Below, piece after piece: positions 18,788-27,031 of a stretch of DNA of 32,174 nt; the stretch's first letter is position 1; the number at the start of each line of letters is the position of its first letter. The notes beneath the pieces are model-generated. The model saw only the letters and a list, made by a program, of their open reading frames with translations, searched no databases and was not told the DNA's origin. The translations under genes were made by a program, and so were the position numbers. Origin of the DNA: a virus (lineage: Duplodnaviria; Caudoviricetes); IMG/VR virus record IMGVR_UViG_3300044820_000015, positions 1 through 32,174 of that record; one strand, written 5' to 3'.

Positions 18788-19348
18788 ATGCGCGCTCAGG
18801 TTATCAACGGCGGCGTTGTCGTCAACATCGTGGTTCTCGCCGATGGGTCCACCATTGCGGCGGGCGGTGGGTCTTGGACCGAGCCGGGCGGGGCTACGCA
18901 CGCCACAGTTCCGGGCTCGATCCTCATGGCGCAGGATGGGGCGCAGATCGGTTGGACGCTCGCCAACGGCGTGCTGGAGCCTCCAGCGGCCCCGGCGACC
19001 GTGCTGCGCGCCTATGCCAACACGAAGGTTGAATCGTTGCGCGCTATCGCACGATCCTACACGCTGACCGGAAGCCTTACCGTTCTCTGCGATGCTGCGC
19101 CATCCACGGGAACCGATCTTGTCGGCCTCAAAACGTGGGGCGATGCCAACGCCGGGGCGACGACGAACTGGGTTCAAAACGACGGCGGCGTAGTCACGTT
19201 GACCGGCGCGCAAAGCGTCGAGCTTGCCGGCGTGGTGCTGGCCTATGCGCAAAGCGTGTTCGCTGCGCTCGCTCTTGCGATGAACGGCATTGCGAACGGC
19301 ACGATCACGACGACGGCGCAGATCGCCGCTCTGTCTTGGCCGGCCTAA
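18788..19348 (+). CDS. Tail fibre-associated/assembly protein (DUF4376-like C-terminus)
   Basis: N-terminal GVVVNIVV..AQIGW; C-terminal TNWVQNDGGVVTLT..ITTTAQIAALSWP; follows the fibre. Confidence 0.6.
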   Translation: MRAQVINGGVVVNIVVLADGSTIAAGGGSWTEPGGATHATVPGSILMAQDGAQIGWTLANGVLEPPAAPATVLRAYANTKVESLRAIARSYTLTGSLTVLCDAAPSTGTDLVGLKTWGDANAGATTNWVQNDGGVVTLTGAQSVELAGVVLAYAQSVFAALALAMNGIANGTITTTAQIAALSWPA

Positions 19349-19360
19349 GAGGGCGGCGCC

Positions 19361-19732
19361 ATGATCCTCGCCCTTTACGAATCGCTGCTATTCCAGCGCG
19401 GTTTCATCGTCGACAACATCTCGCTCGCGAGCTTCACTCCGAAAGGAGTTCTCGTTGCGGAAAGCGACGTGCGATGCGTCGGGATCGACTTCCGCCCCTT
19501 CCTTTGCGGCGGGACAATCGACGATGTTTCAACGAGCGTTTCGGTCTTGTCAGGCAACGATCCCGCAGCCGCCATCGTCATCGCCAGCCCTGAGAACTAT
19601 GGTTCCATCGCCTTCGCGTGGGTTGGAAGCTTCGTTGCCGGCGTCAAATATCTGTTGACGTTCACCGTCGAAACAAGCCTTGGCGAGACGCGATCAGCGG
19701 CAGTCATTTTGCGCTGTGTTTCTTTCACCTAG
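19361..19732 (+). CDS. Putative fibre/spike adaptor protein (small beta-sandwich)
   Basis: IDFRPFL.GGTI..AWV..VAGVKYLLTFTVETSLGET pattern recalled from phage fibre-tail adaptor proteins. Confidence 0.5.
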   Translation: MILALYESLLFQRGFIVDNISLASFTPKGVLVAESDVRCVGIDFRPFLCGGTIDDVSTSVSVLSGNDPAAAIVIASPENYGSIAFAWVGSFVAGVKYLLTFTVETSLGETRSAAVILRCVSFT

Positions 19733-19741
19733 AGGGCCGAG

Positions 19742-20422
19742 ATGAGCTTCCAAAGCCAGATTATCAACGTCCTCACAGGCGCTGGTAGACAGCTATTCCG
19801 CGCGACGTTCTTGGCGACGGATGAGAACAACAATCAGAACGTCGTCATCCCGACGCAGTCGATTGCAGACCCAGGGTCTACGGCGATAGCTGCGGTGAAG
19901 GCGGGAAGCACGCTGGCGGCGTCCACCGATGGCGCGCTCGTTGTCACGCTGCGAGAGGGCGTGACGATTTCGGGTAGTCTGTCCCTTCCGACCGGCGCGG
20001 CGCTGGAGGGCGGGAACCTTGCCGCCGTCGCCTCTGCGGCGGGGTCGGCGGCGGATGCGGCTTACGGCGGGTCTGGCTCGGCATCGCTTGTTGCCGTGCT
20101 GAAGGGCATCTACGCGCGGTTTGGGGGAACGCTCTCAGTCCAAACACAGACGCCCTCGACGTTCTTCAACAAGCGGGTGCTGATGACCGGCTCGCCGATC
20201 AACCTACCGTCCAACGTGCTCGTCAATGGGATCATCGGCACCACGCCGAGTTCCAACAGTGGAACGATCTACTACAAGTCGTCTACGTTTTCCGCAATTG
20301 ACGGATCGGACGACGCCTATCCGATAGCCCCTGGCGGAAGCGTCTCGGAATCCCTGAACAACAGCAATGCCGTCTGGGTCAACGGGGCGGCTGGCAACGT
20401 GATTTACTTCAAGGGGAACTGA
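19742..20422 (+). CDS. Fibre-like virion accessory protein
   Basis: LPTGAA, GSASLVAVLKGIY stalk motifs; C-terminal beta domain (NSGTIY..YPIAPGGSVS..VWV); no signal peptide. Confidence 0.55.
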   Translation: MSFQSQIINVLTGAGRQLFRATFLATDENNNQNVVIPTQSIADPGSTAIAAVKAGSTLAASTDGALVVTLREGVTISGSLSLPTGAALEGGNLAAVASAAGSAADAAYGGSGSASLVAVLKGIYARFGGTLSVQTQTPSTFFNKRVLMTGSPINLPSNVLVNGIIGTTPSSNSGTIYYKSSTFSAIDGSDDAYPIAPGGSVSESLNNSNAVWVNGAAGNVIYFKGN

Positions 20423-20426
20423 TCTA

Positions 20427-22103
20427 ATGAGCCGCATTTCTGGCGGGTTCCTCGCCGCGCTTTTGTGTACCACAGCCATTTCGGCTGTTGCCGCCCCGCC
20501 TGCAATCCCGCCCTCCGCGCCATTGAATAGCTCGTCTCCGATCACCATCGGCGGGGCGAAGACCACGCTGGGGCAGGCCATCGGCGCGTCCGCGTCTCAG
20601 GTCTGGCGCAACACCGCCACGCGGGTCAACTATCCCAATTTGGCGAACTCGGACGGCTACAAGCCGACCAACACAGCTCGGCTCTACTATCCGTTGGCGA
20701 ACCGCGGTCAGATCGCGGCGCTTCGGGTCTGCTACGCCAACTTCGGCTACAATGGCGCCCAGGCTTACGAGAGCAACGCCACCTACCCGGTCACTGTCAC
20801 GTCGTCAATTGAACTCAACACACTCACGCCTGCGAGCACATGGTTCCCAGGCGGTGCGGGTGCGACGCATCAGGTGCATTTTACCTTCAACGGCGCGGAC
20901 ATAGCGTCATTGCCTGTGACAGGCGCTCCGGTTTGCTCTGACCCGTTCTACTACCCGTTTGTTTCGCCGCAGTCGGTCTATATCTGGACATACGTAAACT
21001 CGAACGCGGGGGTGTCCCCAGGTAGTTGGGTCGTCAACCACGGCACACGCAACGCCTACAAGGAGATGACCAACAACGGCTACGTGGGGTCCAACACGTC
21101 GTCGCTTTCGTCAAACACAACACTGACTTGGACCGTCGCGCCGCTCAGCATCACTGGCCCCGGCCTGACCGGCGCAGCGACCGGGACGTGTTCGGGCGGG
21201 ACGGCGACGCTTACCGGCACGGGTCTCTCCTCGGGCTCCGTGGTCTGCGCGACAGGCGTCGTCACGCTGACCTTCGGCTCTGCGCAAGCCGGCGTCTACA
21301 CCTACTCGATGTACGGTACGACGGCGGCAGCGGACGAAACCCTGACCTTCGGCCCCGGCGACATGACGCAGGCGTACGCGCCGGTCTTTGGCCCGGTCTC
21401 GGTCGAGGCGCTGCTCTCGCCGTCGTCGACAAAGTTCCCGTTTTCCATTCTGGCGGTAGGCGACAGCATCATCACCGGGATCGGCAACACAGATACATCG
21501 CTCAGTTTTCTCGATTACAGTGTGCAATCGACCATCGGAGACTTCACGACGGCGACGATTGGAATCGAGAAGATATCTCAGCCGTCAGAGACGCTTGGGA
21601 ACTTCTTGCTTAACAACTATCGGCGTATGAAGTTGGCTGGAAGCCGGTTTGATGAGATCGTGTCCAACTACGGTACGAACGATCTTGCCGGCTCGCCTAC
21701 GTTGCTAACTATGCAGACAAACTATTTGGCGTTGTGGTCCTTTCTCGCGCAGTTCACGCCGCACGGCTACAAAGACGTATACCAGACTTCGATATTGCCC
21801 CGCACGGTGTCGAATGTCTCGCAGACCCCGCTTAACGCAAATTACGCGAGCGGGTCGAGCCTGCGCAACCAGATGAACGCCTGGATGTGCAGCCAAGTCG
21901 GCGTGACTATCGGTGGGTTTATCGACACATCGGCGGCGGTCGAGAACTCGCCGGGCTCGTGCGCCGGCACTGGCGACGGGCAGTGGAAGTCACTCTCGCT
22001 CACGGCTGACGGAACGCATCCGACGAACGCCGGCCACACGGCCATCGCGGGCGTCGTCGGCGTCGCGGGAACCAACCCTAGCCCTGCCTTCGTTGGTCAT
22101 TGA
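20427..22103 (+). CDS. SGNH/GDSL esterase-domain protein with signal peptide (putative polysaccharide deacetylase spike)
   Basis: MSRISGGFLAALLCTTAISAVA|A; block I GDSI, block III YGTND, block V DGTHP. Confidence 0.85.
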   Translation: MSRISGGFLAALLCTTAISAVAAPPAIPPSAPLNSSSPITIGGAKTTLGQAIGASASQVWRNTATRVNYPNLANSDGYKPTNTARLYYPLANRGQIAALRVCYANFGYNGAQAYESNATYPVTVTSSIELNTLTPASTWFPGGAGATHQVHFTFNGADIASLPVTGAPVCSDPFYYPFVSPQSVYIWTYVNSNAGVSPGSWVVNHGTRNAYKEMTNNGYVGSNTSSLSSNTTLTWTVAPLSITGPGLTGAATGTCSGGTATLTGTGLSSGSVVCATGVVTLTFGSAQAGVYTYSMYGTTAAADETLTFGPGDMTQAYAPVFGPVSVEALLSPSSTKFPFSILAVGDSIITGIGNTDTSLSFLDYSVQSTIGDFTTATIGIEKISQPSETLGNFLLNNYRRMKLAGSRFDEIVSNYGTNDLAGSPTLLTMQTNYLALWSFLAQFTPHGYKDVYQTSILPRTVSNVSQTPLNANYASGSSLRNQMNAWMCSQVGVTIGGFIDTSAAVENSPGSCAGTGDGQWKSLSLTADGTHPTNAGHTAIAGVVGVAGTNPSPAFVGH

Positions 22104-23284
22104 CCGTGCGCGCTATCCTAGTTGCCGCCATCGTCTGCGCATCCGCGCCCGCGCTGGCGGCGACTGCGCTGTTGTCGATCACAAACCCGAAAACGGGCAG
22201 CGCCACGGTCAACGGCGACGGCATCAGCGTGGACGTGACGCCGACAACTCCCGGCTGGTATATCGGGCGCGGAATGTCGGCTCAGGCCAATGCGGACAGC
22301 GGCGGCATGGATACGACGCTCGCCGCCTCTGCGACCACGGGGCAGACAACAGCCGCGCTCGCCAGCACGGTAGGCGTCAAGGTTGGCGATTGGGTCAGCA
22401 TCCTTCTCGACAACGGGTCTGTGTTTCGACCGAGCGTCGCTGGGATGGTTGGTGGCGTCGTGGCGTTCTCGCCGGGGCAGGCGTTCCCATCGCCCGCCGG
22501 GGCCGGCCGCATGGTCTACGATTACAAAGGCGGCATCCAAGGCGGAATTGACAACGGGATTGCGACTTCGGCCGGCCGGCATTGGGGCGCCGTCGAGGGT
22601 CGCGAGGTCAACATCTCCATGCGCGCCGGCAGCAGCGCGCTCGTCAAGGCTTGGCTCAGCGTCGCCGCGAACAATGACGACGCCGAACATGGGAAAATCA
22701 CCGACGCAGCTATCGACATATCGCAGCAAGCGGGCGGCGTTGGGGCGTACACGCTCATCAGCATCAGCAATTCTCACGGGCAGATGCCGCTAACGGCGGG
22801 CGGCGACGTGATGCGCGCCCAAGGCTATCCCGTCGCGGCGAAAGATTTTTTCGACCTCTCGTTGCTATCATGCACGGGATTTTATCTCAACTTCGCCAAC
22901 TTCAAGGTTGATTGTAACGGCGGCGTTTCCGCTGGCTCGATCAGCGCCCAAAAGTTTACGCACACCGCCAACGAGTTCGACCTGTCCTATGTCTACGCGA
23001 CGCCCTCTGATGGCGCTACGGTCACGATGGCGAGCAACACCGGGACGCTGATCCTCAACCCATCTGCGGACCGCGCGGCGCTCGGCGTCAACCTCCCCGG
23101 ATGCAACGGGCCAAATGACGGCTATGTGGCGCGCTTCTCGACGACGCGAGCTGTCGGCGCGCTGACGATGGGAACCAACGGCGGCATAGGCACGATCTCC
23201 AACCCACGCGCCACGCTCGCGGCTGGCGAAGGCCATGCGTACATCTGCCATGGGGCCGATTGGACCTATTATCCGCTCAACTGA
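22100..23284 (+). CDS. Secreted beta-rich fibre/spike-like protein
   Basis: TTG start overlaps the upstream stop (or GTG 22106); VRAILVAAIVCASAPALA|A; Gly/Ala/Thr-rich; C-terminal TLILNP..L.VNLP..DG module. Confidence 0.65.
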   Translation: MTVRAILVAAIVCASAPALAATALLSITNPKTGSATVNGDGISVDVTPTTPGWYIGRGMSAQANADSGGMDTTLAASATTGQTTAALASTVGVKVGDWVSILLDNGSVFRPSVAGMVGGVVAFSPGQAFPSPAGAGRMVYDYKGGIQGGIDNGIATSAGRHWGAVEGREVNISMRAGSSALVKAWLSVAANNDDAEHGKITDAAIDISQQAGGVGAYTLISISNSHGQMPLTAGGDVMRAQGYPVAAKDFFDLSLLSCTGFYLNFANFKVDCNGGVSAGSISAQKFTHTANEFDLSYVYATPSDGATVTMASNTGTLILNPSADRAALGVNLPGCNGPNDGYVARFSTTRAVGALTMGTNGGIGTISNPRATLAAGEGHAYICHGADWTYYPLN

Positions 23285-23297
23285 TGTGTGAGAGCTT

Positions 23298-24035
23298 ATG
23301 ACATTCCTTGCCAACCCGCCGCGCCTAAATGCGGACGACGTGGTCAAATACGTTCTTGCGCTCGATAAAAGCAAGCTGACGTGGCGTCCGGTCGGCGTGA
23401 CCTGGCACAACGCCGGGGCTCCGAACCTCAAGCAATGGGCGGCTTATCCCGAGAGCGTCAAAGAAGCGTGGGGCCGAAATTACGATTTTTACTGCCGAGT
23501 GACGAACGGATGGCACAGCGGCCCACACGGCATCGGAACGCCTGAGGGATGGGCCTTCATCCTCTGCGATCTTCTTTCCGATGGCGTCCATGCCTCATGC
23601 TTCAATCGCGACCATTTCGGCTTTGAGACTGTCGGCGATTTCGCGCCCGGCGCTGACGATCCTTTGACGGGCGCTGGCCTTGCTTCGATGCAGTCCACGG
23701 CAAACCTAATCGCCGCAGTCTGCGAATGGCTCGGGCTCGACCCTGACACGGCCATCAACTTTCATCGCGAGTGCGCGCGCGACGGGCATCCTTGTCCCGG
23801 TGCGCTCGTCAAGGACGATTGGGCGAAGGGTTTGGTCAAGGCTCGACTAGCGGAAATCAAGGGCTTCGCGCCCATGGCAACCGCGCCAGCGCCCGCCGCG
23901 CCAGCGCCGACGCATAGCGCCGCCCTCGCGATGCGGGCCGCTGTGGAGGCTTTCCAGCGCGCCGCGGGGCTCGACGTTGACGGCGATCCCGGCCCGCTGA
24001 CGAGATCTGATTACAACAGCGCGCTGCTGGCGTGA
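23298..24035 (+). CDS. Endolysin: N-acetylmuramoyl-L-alanine amidase with C-terminal peptidoglycan-binding domain
   Basis: TWHN, SGPH, GFETVGDF, NFHRE..CPG zinc-amidase motifs; Pro/Ala linker; AVEAFQRAAGLDVDGDPGPLT. Confidence 0.88.
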   Translation: MTFLANPPRLNADDVVKYVLALDKSKLTWRPVGVTWHNAGAPNLKQWAAYPESVKEAWGRNYDFYCRVTNGWHSGPHGIGTPEGWAFILCDLLSDGVHASCFNRDHFGFETVGDFAPGADDPLTGAGLASMQSTANLIAAVCEWLGLDPDTAINFHRECARDGHPCPGALVKDDWAKGLVKARLAEIKGFAPMATAPAPAAPAPTHSAALAMRAAVEAFQRAAGLDVDGDPGPLTRSDYNSALLA

Positions 24036-24562
24036 GCGCTTGGGATATCGCGTCAACCGCCGCCGCATGGGCGGCGACAAGGCTTGGAGTTATCCAAATG
24101 ACGCCCATCATTCTTCCGCCAGACACAGACCCTTCGTGGCATCGCGCTCGGCAAATTGTCGACGCCTTCCGCGCCAACGGCAGGGGCAACCCTATTATCG
24201 TCGCGGCCATCGCGAACGGTTACGCGGAGTCGGCCTGGAAGCCGGTTATCGTCGGCGACCATGGCCAGAGTTTCGGCCCCTGGCAACTGAAGTGGACCTA
24301 CTACGGCGGGCCGATCCTCAACGCCGTCCGGATTGATATTCGCACGGAAACCGATCTCAGCAAGCACGTCGAGGCTGTTCTCTATGCGCTCGGTCACGGC
24401 GCCAATCTGCCAATCCTGATGGCGCTCGACGCGGCGACGACCGGCGCTCAAGCGACACAGATATGGGCGGCGCAATTCGAGAGGGCGTCGGCGGGCGGCG
24501 CCGTTGATCGGCGCGTCGCAATTGCCCCGGCTGTGGAAGTCTGGCTTGCGAGGCAGACATGA
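24032..24562 (+). CDS. Lysozyme-like muramidase (phage tail lysozyme-type fold)
   Basis: AAIANGYAESAWKP..GDHGQSFGPWQ and FERA motifs; GTGA-coupled to the amidase. Confidence 0.7.
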   Translation: MSAWDIASTAAAWAATRLGVIQMTPIILPPDTDPSWHRARQIVDAFRANGRGNPIIVAAIANGYAESAWKPVIVGDHGQSFGPWQLKWTYYGGPILNAVRIDIRTETDLSKHVEAVLYALGHGANLPILMALDAATTGAQATQIWAAQFERASAGGAVDRRVAIAPAVEVWLARQT

Positions 24563-24669
24563 TCGCGATTTCCGATATCGTTGGCCCGCTTGTTCAGGCG
24601 GCGTTGTGGGGATGCGCCTTTGTCGCAGTCGGCTTCGTGCTGACGATCATCTTCGCCCGCCGTGGCTGA
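24559..24669 (+). CDS. 36-aa single-TM microprotein (not in ORF track)
   Basis: MIAISDIVGPLVQAALWGCAFVAVGFVLTIIFARRG; ATGA overlap with the upstream gene. Confidence 0.6.
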   Translation: MIAISDIVGPLVQAALWGCAFVAVGFVLTIIFARRG

Positions 24670-24745
24670 AGTCGCCCTCGCGGCGGTGATACTCGCGCTG
24701 TTCGGTTGGGCGGCGGTCATTCTTATCTGGAATCTGTTCCAATGA
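24662..24745 (+). CDS. 27-aa single-TM microprotein (not in ORF track)
   Basis: GTG start, MAEVALAAVILALFGWAAVILIWNLFQ; 8-nt overlap upstream, ATGA overlap downstream. Confidence 0.55.
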   Translation: MAEVALAAVILALFGWAAVILIWNLFQ

Positions 24746-24981
24746 AAATCGGCCTTGGTCCGCTCGCTGATCGTATCTCCGCAGCTGCGCTCGATGCCTC
24801 GCGCGGCAAGAAAGGTCCGGCTGAGACCCGACGCCGCCTCGCCGCCGCCGTCATGCCGATGATCGAGGAGGCCGCGCTCGCTGGCTTCGAACAGGCTCAA
24901 ATCGCCGTTGCAGGGATCACCGCAGCGGAACTCGCACTCGCCGAGCGCAAGGCCGAACTGCGCGGCGACACCATCTCTTAG
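24742..24981 (+). CDS. Hypothetical helical protein (79 aa)
   Basis: ATG 24742 coupled to the microprotein stop; MKIGLGPLADRIS... Confidence 0.6.
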   Translation: MKIGLGPLADRISAAALDASRGKKGPAETRRRLAAAVMPMIEEAALAGFEQAQIAVAGITAAELALAERKAELRGDTIS

Positions 24982-24993
24982 GAGCACCACTCA

Positions 24994-25386
24994 ATGTCCG
25001 ATATCTCCTTCGCGCCGGTCATCAATGCGCTTGCGCCGCTTATCGCCAGCGCCGCCGTCGCGGCCATCACCGGCGGCCTCGCCTGGCTTGCGCCGAAGAT
25101 CGCGCAGGCGCTGCATATCCCGGTGCAAAAAGCCGCGCTCGATAGCATCACCGCCGCGGCGCAGGCGGAAGCCGGGGCCATCGTCGCCGCGACGACAAGC
25201 AACTTGGCGCACGTCTCGATCACGGTCAGCAACCCCGTCATCGCCGACGCGGCCTCGCGCATTGTCAACGCCATGCCGGACGCGCTGGAGAAAGCGGGCG
25301 TGACGCCCTCCCAGGTGGCGACGCTCGTCGCGGGCAAGCTCGGCGAAATCACTGCGCCGGCCGCTGCGCCGCCTGCCGCAGGCTGA
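24994..25386 (+). CDS. Putative holin-like membrane protein
   Basis: AGGAG RBS; one N-terminal hydrophobic helix (LAPLIASAAVAAITGGLAWLA) then a soluble helical domain; downstream of the lysins. Confidence 0.55.
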   Translation: MSDISFAPVINALAPLIASAAVAAITGGLAWLAPKIAQALHIPVQKAALDSITAAAQAEAGAIVAATTSNLAHVSITVSNPVIADAASRIVNAMPDALEKAGVTPSQVATLVAGKLGEITAPAAAPPAAG

Positions 25387-25391
25387 CGCCG

Positions 25392-26477
25392 ATGCTCGAC
25401 GCCCTCGCGGCCATCTTCGCGACCGTCAGCCTCGGGCTGCACGGATGGTCAGCCATCGCCGCCGCGCGCCCGCGTAAGGCCGCCCCATGCCCCGCGCGAG
25501 ACGCTGTGAGCGTTGTGATCCCGCTATGCGGCGTCGAGCCGTTCTCGCGGGAGTGCATCGCCGCTGCGCTCGCGCTTGAGCATGGCGACGGGCTTGAGGT
25601 CCTGTTCTGCGTCGCGCACGCGTCGGACCCGGTTGCGGACCTCGCCGCGGCGATGATAGACCAATCGCAGGGATGTTGCGCGCGTTTGTTGATCGGCAAT
25701 GACGTGATTTCCGCGAACCCCAAGCTCAACAATATGAGCAAGGGCTACCGGGCCGCTCGTCATCCGTGGGTCTGCTTCGTCGACAGCAACGTGCTGATGC
25801 CGCGGAACTACATCAGCCGGTTGATGAGCGCGTGGCGGTATGGCGAAACCGGCGTCGTCAGCGCGCCGCCGATCGGCACGAAAGCTTGGAATCTCGCCGC
25901 CGAGATCGAGGCCGCGTTCCTCAACACCTATCAGGCGCGATGGCAGTTCGCGGCCGGGGCGGCGGGGCAGGGATTCGCGCAAGGCAAGACGTTGCTGTTC
26001 TCGCGCACAGTCCTTGAGGCTGGCGGCGGGATTGACGCGCTCGGCGCCGAGCTTGCGGAGGATGCGGCGGCGACAAAGCTTGTGCGCGGGCTTGGGCTCA
26101 AAGTCACCCTCGCGCCCATGGGGGCGGAACAGCCTCTCGGCCGGCGCAAGCTGCGCGAGGTCTGGAAGCGCCAAGTGCGCTGGGCGCGGCTGCGGCGCGC
26201 GACGTTCCCCGCGGAATTTGCGTGCGAGATCGCTACCAGCGGCCTCCTGACGGTCGCTGCGGCATGGTTCGCCGGCAGCCCGCTGTACGCGCTCGGCGCC
26301 GCGTCGCTTTGGTACGGGATCGAGCTCGCGCTTGCCGTCGAGAACGCTTGGCCGGTCACGCCCTGGACGCTGCCGGCGATGCTCGCGCGCGACGCGCTCT
26401 TGCCGGTCCTGTGGTGCTCGGCGTGGCTCGGCGGCAGCTTCGAATGGCGCGGCCACAAGATGAGCGCCGACGCCTGA
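25392..26477 (+). CDS. GT21-type lipid glycosyltransferase (ceramide glucosyltransferase / Pgt / HpnI-like)
   Basis: N-terminal TM; VSVVIPLCG, NPKLNNM, FVDSN, GKT, LAED, RQVRWAR; C-terminal TMs and terminal FEWRG. Confidence 0.9.
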   Translation: MLDALAAIFATVSLGLHGWSAIAAARPRKAAPCPARDAVSVVIPLCGVEPFSRECIAAALALEHGDGLEVLFCVAHASDPVADLAAAMIDQSQGCCARLLIGNDVISANPKLNNMSKGYRAARHPWVCFVDSNVLMPRNYISRLMSAWRYGETGVVSAPPIGTKAWNLAAEIEAAFLNTYQARWQFAAGAAGQGFAQGKTLLFSRTVLEAGGGIDALGAELAEDAAATKLVRGLGLKVTLAPMGAEQPLGRRKLREVWKRQVRWARLRRATFPAEFACEIATSGLLTVAAAWFAGSPLYALGAASLWYGIELALAVENAWPVTPWTLPAMLARDALLPVLWCSAWLGGSFEWRGHKMSADA

Positions 26478-26524
26478 AAAGCGAAACGCCCGGGCTGGCT
26501 CCCCGAAAGGACCCGGGCGCTTCG
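26478..26524. terminator. GC-rich hairpin, probable - strand or bidirectional terminator
   Basis: CGAA-A-CGCCCGGG (26482-26494) pairs with CCCGGGCG-C-TTCG (26512-26524); the AAAA to its left gives a short U-tract on the - strand. Confidence 0.45.
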
Positions 26525-26681
26525 TTGCGCGGGCCGGGCACTACCCGACCTTGGTTCTATCTCGGACGCGGGTAGCTACGCCGCATCCTCCGCCCGATCA
26601 GGCCAACCCTAGGCATTTCAGGGGGCGTTCTTCACGCCGCCGCGCCACGCCAACCTACCCCCATCAACCCCGCTTCGCAAC

Positions 26682-26706
26682 GCCCGGCCATCGCGCCGGG
26701 CTTTTT
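26682..26706 (+). terminator. Intrinsic terminator-like hairpin
   Basis: GCCCGGC-CATCGC-GCCGGGC followed by TTTTT. Confidence 0.75.
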
Positions 26707-26722
26707 CTTGAGGAGAACCCCA

Positions 26723-27031
26723 ATGCGCAAGATCCTGATCGCCGGCGCGCTGTGCGCCGCCCTCGCCGGCTGCTCGGCCGCCCAAGTCACGGAAGACGTC
26801 GCGAGCATCAACGCGATCGTCGCTTCGCTTAACACGCCCGCAGCGCTCCAGGCCGAAGCGAACATGCGGGCGCTCTATGGCGGCACGATCTGCGGCATCG
26901 CCAGCCTATCGGCGCTGACGGCTGCGGTCGCGATCCAGGTGAAAGCAACCGCGACTGTCAACGGCGCCACGATTGTTGCCGGCCTCTCGAGCACGCTATG
27001 CGCGGCGGCCAACGGCGTCGTTCTGAAGTGA
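26723..27031 (+). CDS. Lipoprotein (102 aa), hydrophobic C-terminal half
   Basis: GAGGAG RBS at 26710-26715; MRKILIAGALCAALAG|C with LAGC lipobox; Ser at +2. Confidence 0.85.
   Translation: MRKILIAGALCAALAGCSAAQVTEDVASINAIVASLNTPAALQAEANMRALYGGTICGIASLSALTAAVAIQVKATATVNGATIVAGLSSTLCAAANGVVLK

Noticed and set aside
6301-19348. Tailocin, contractile injection system or gene transfer agent interpretation
   Set aside because: A full head module and phage early genes are attached, which fits an ordinary phage or prophage
13985-23284. Diversity-generating retroelement or invertible fibre cassette
   Set aside because: No reverse transcriptase or invertase, all genes are co-oriented, and I saw no template/variable repeat pair
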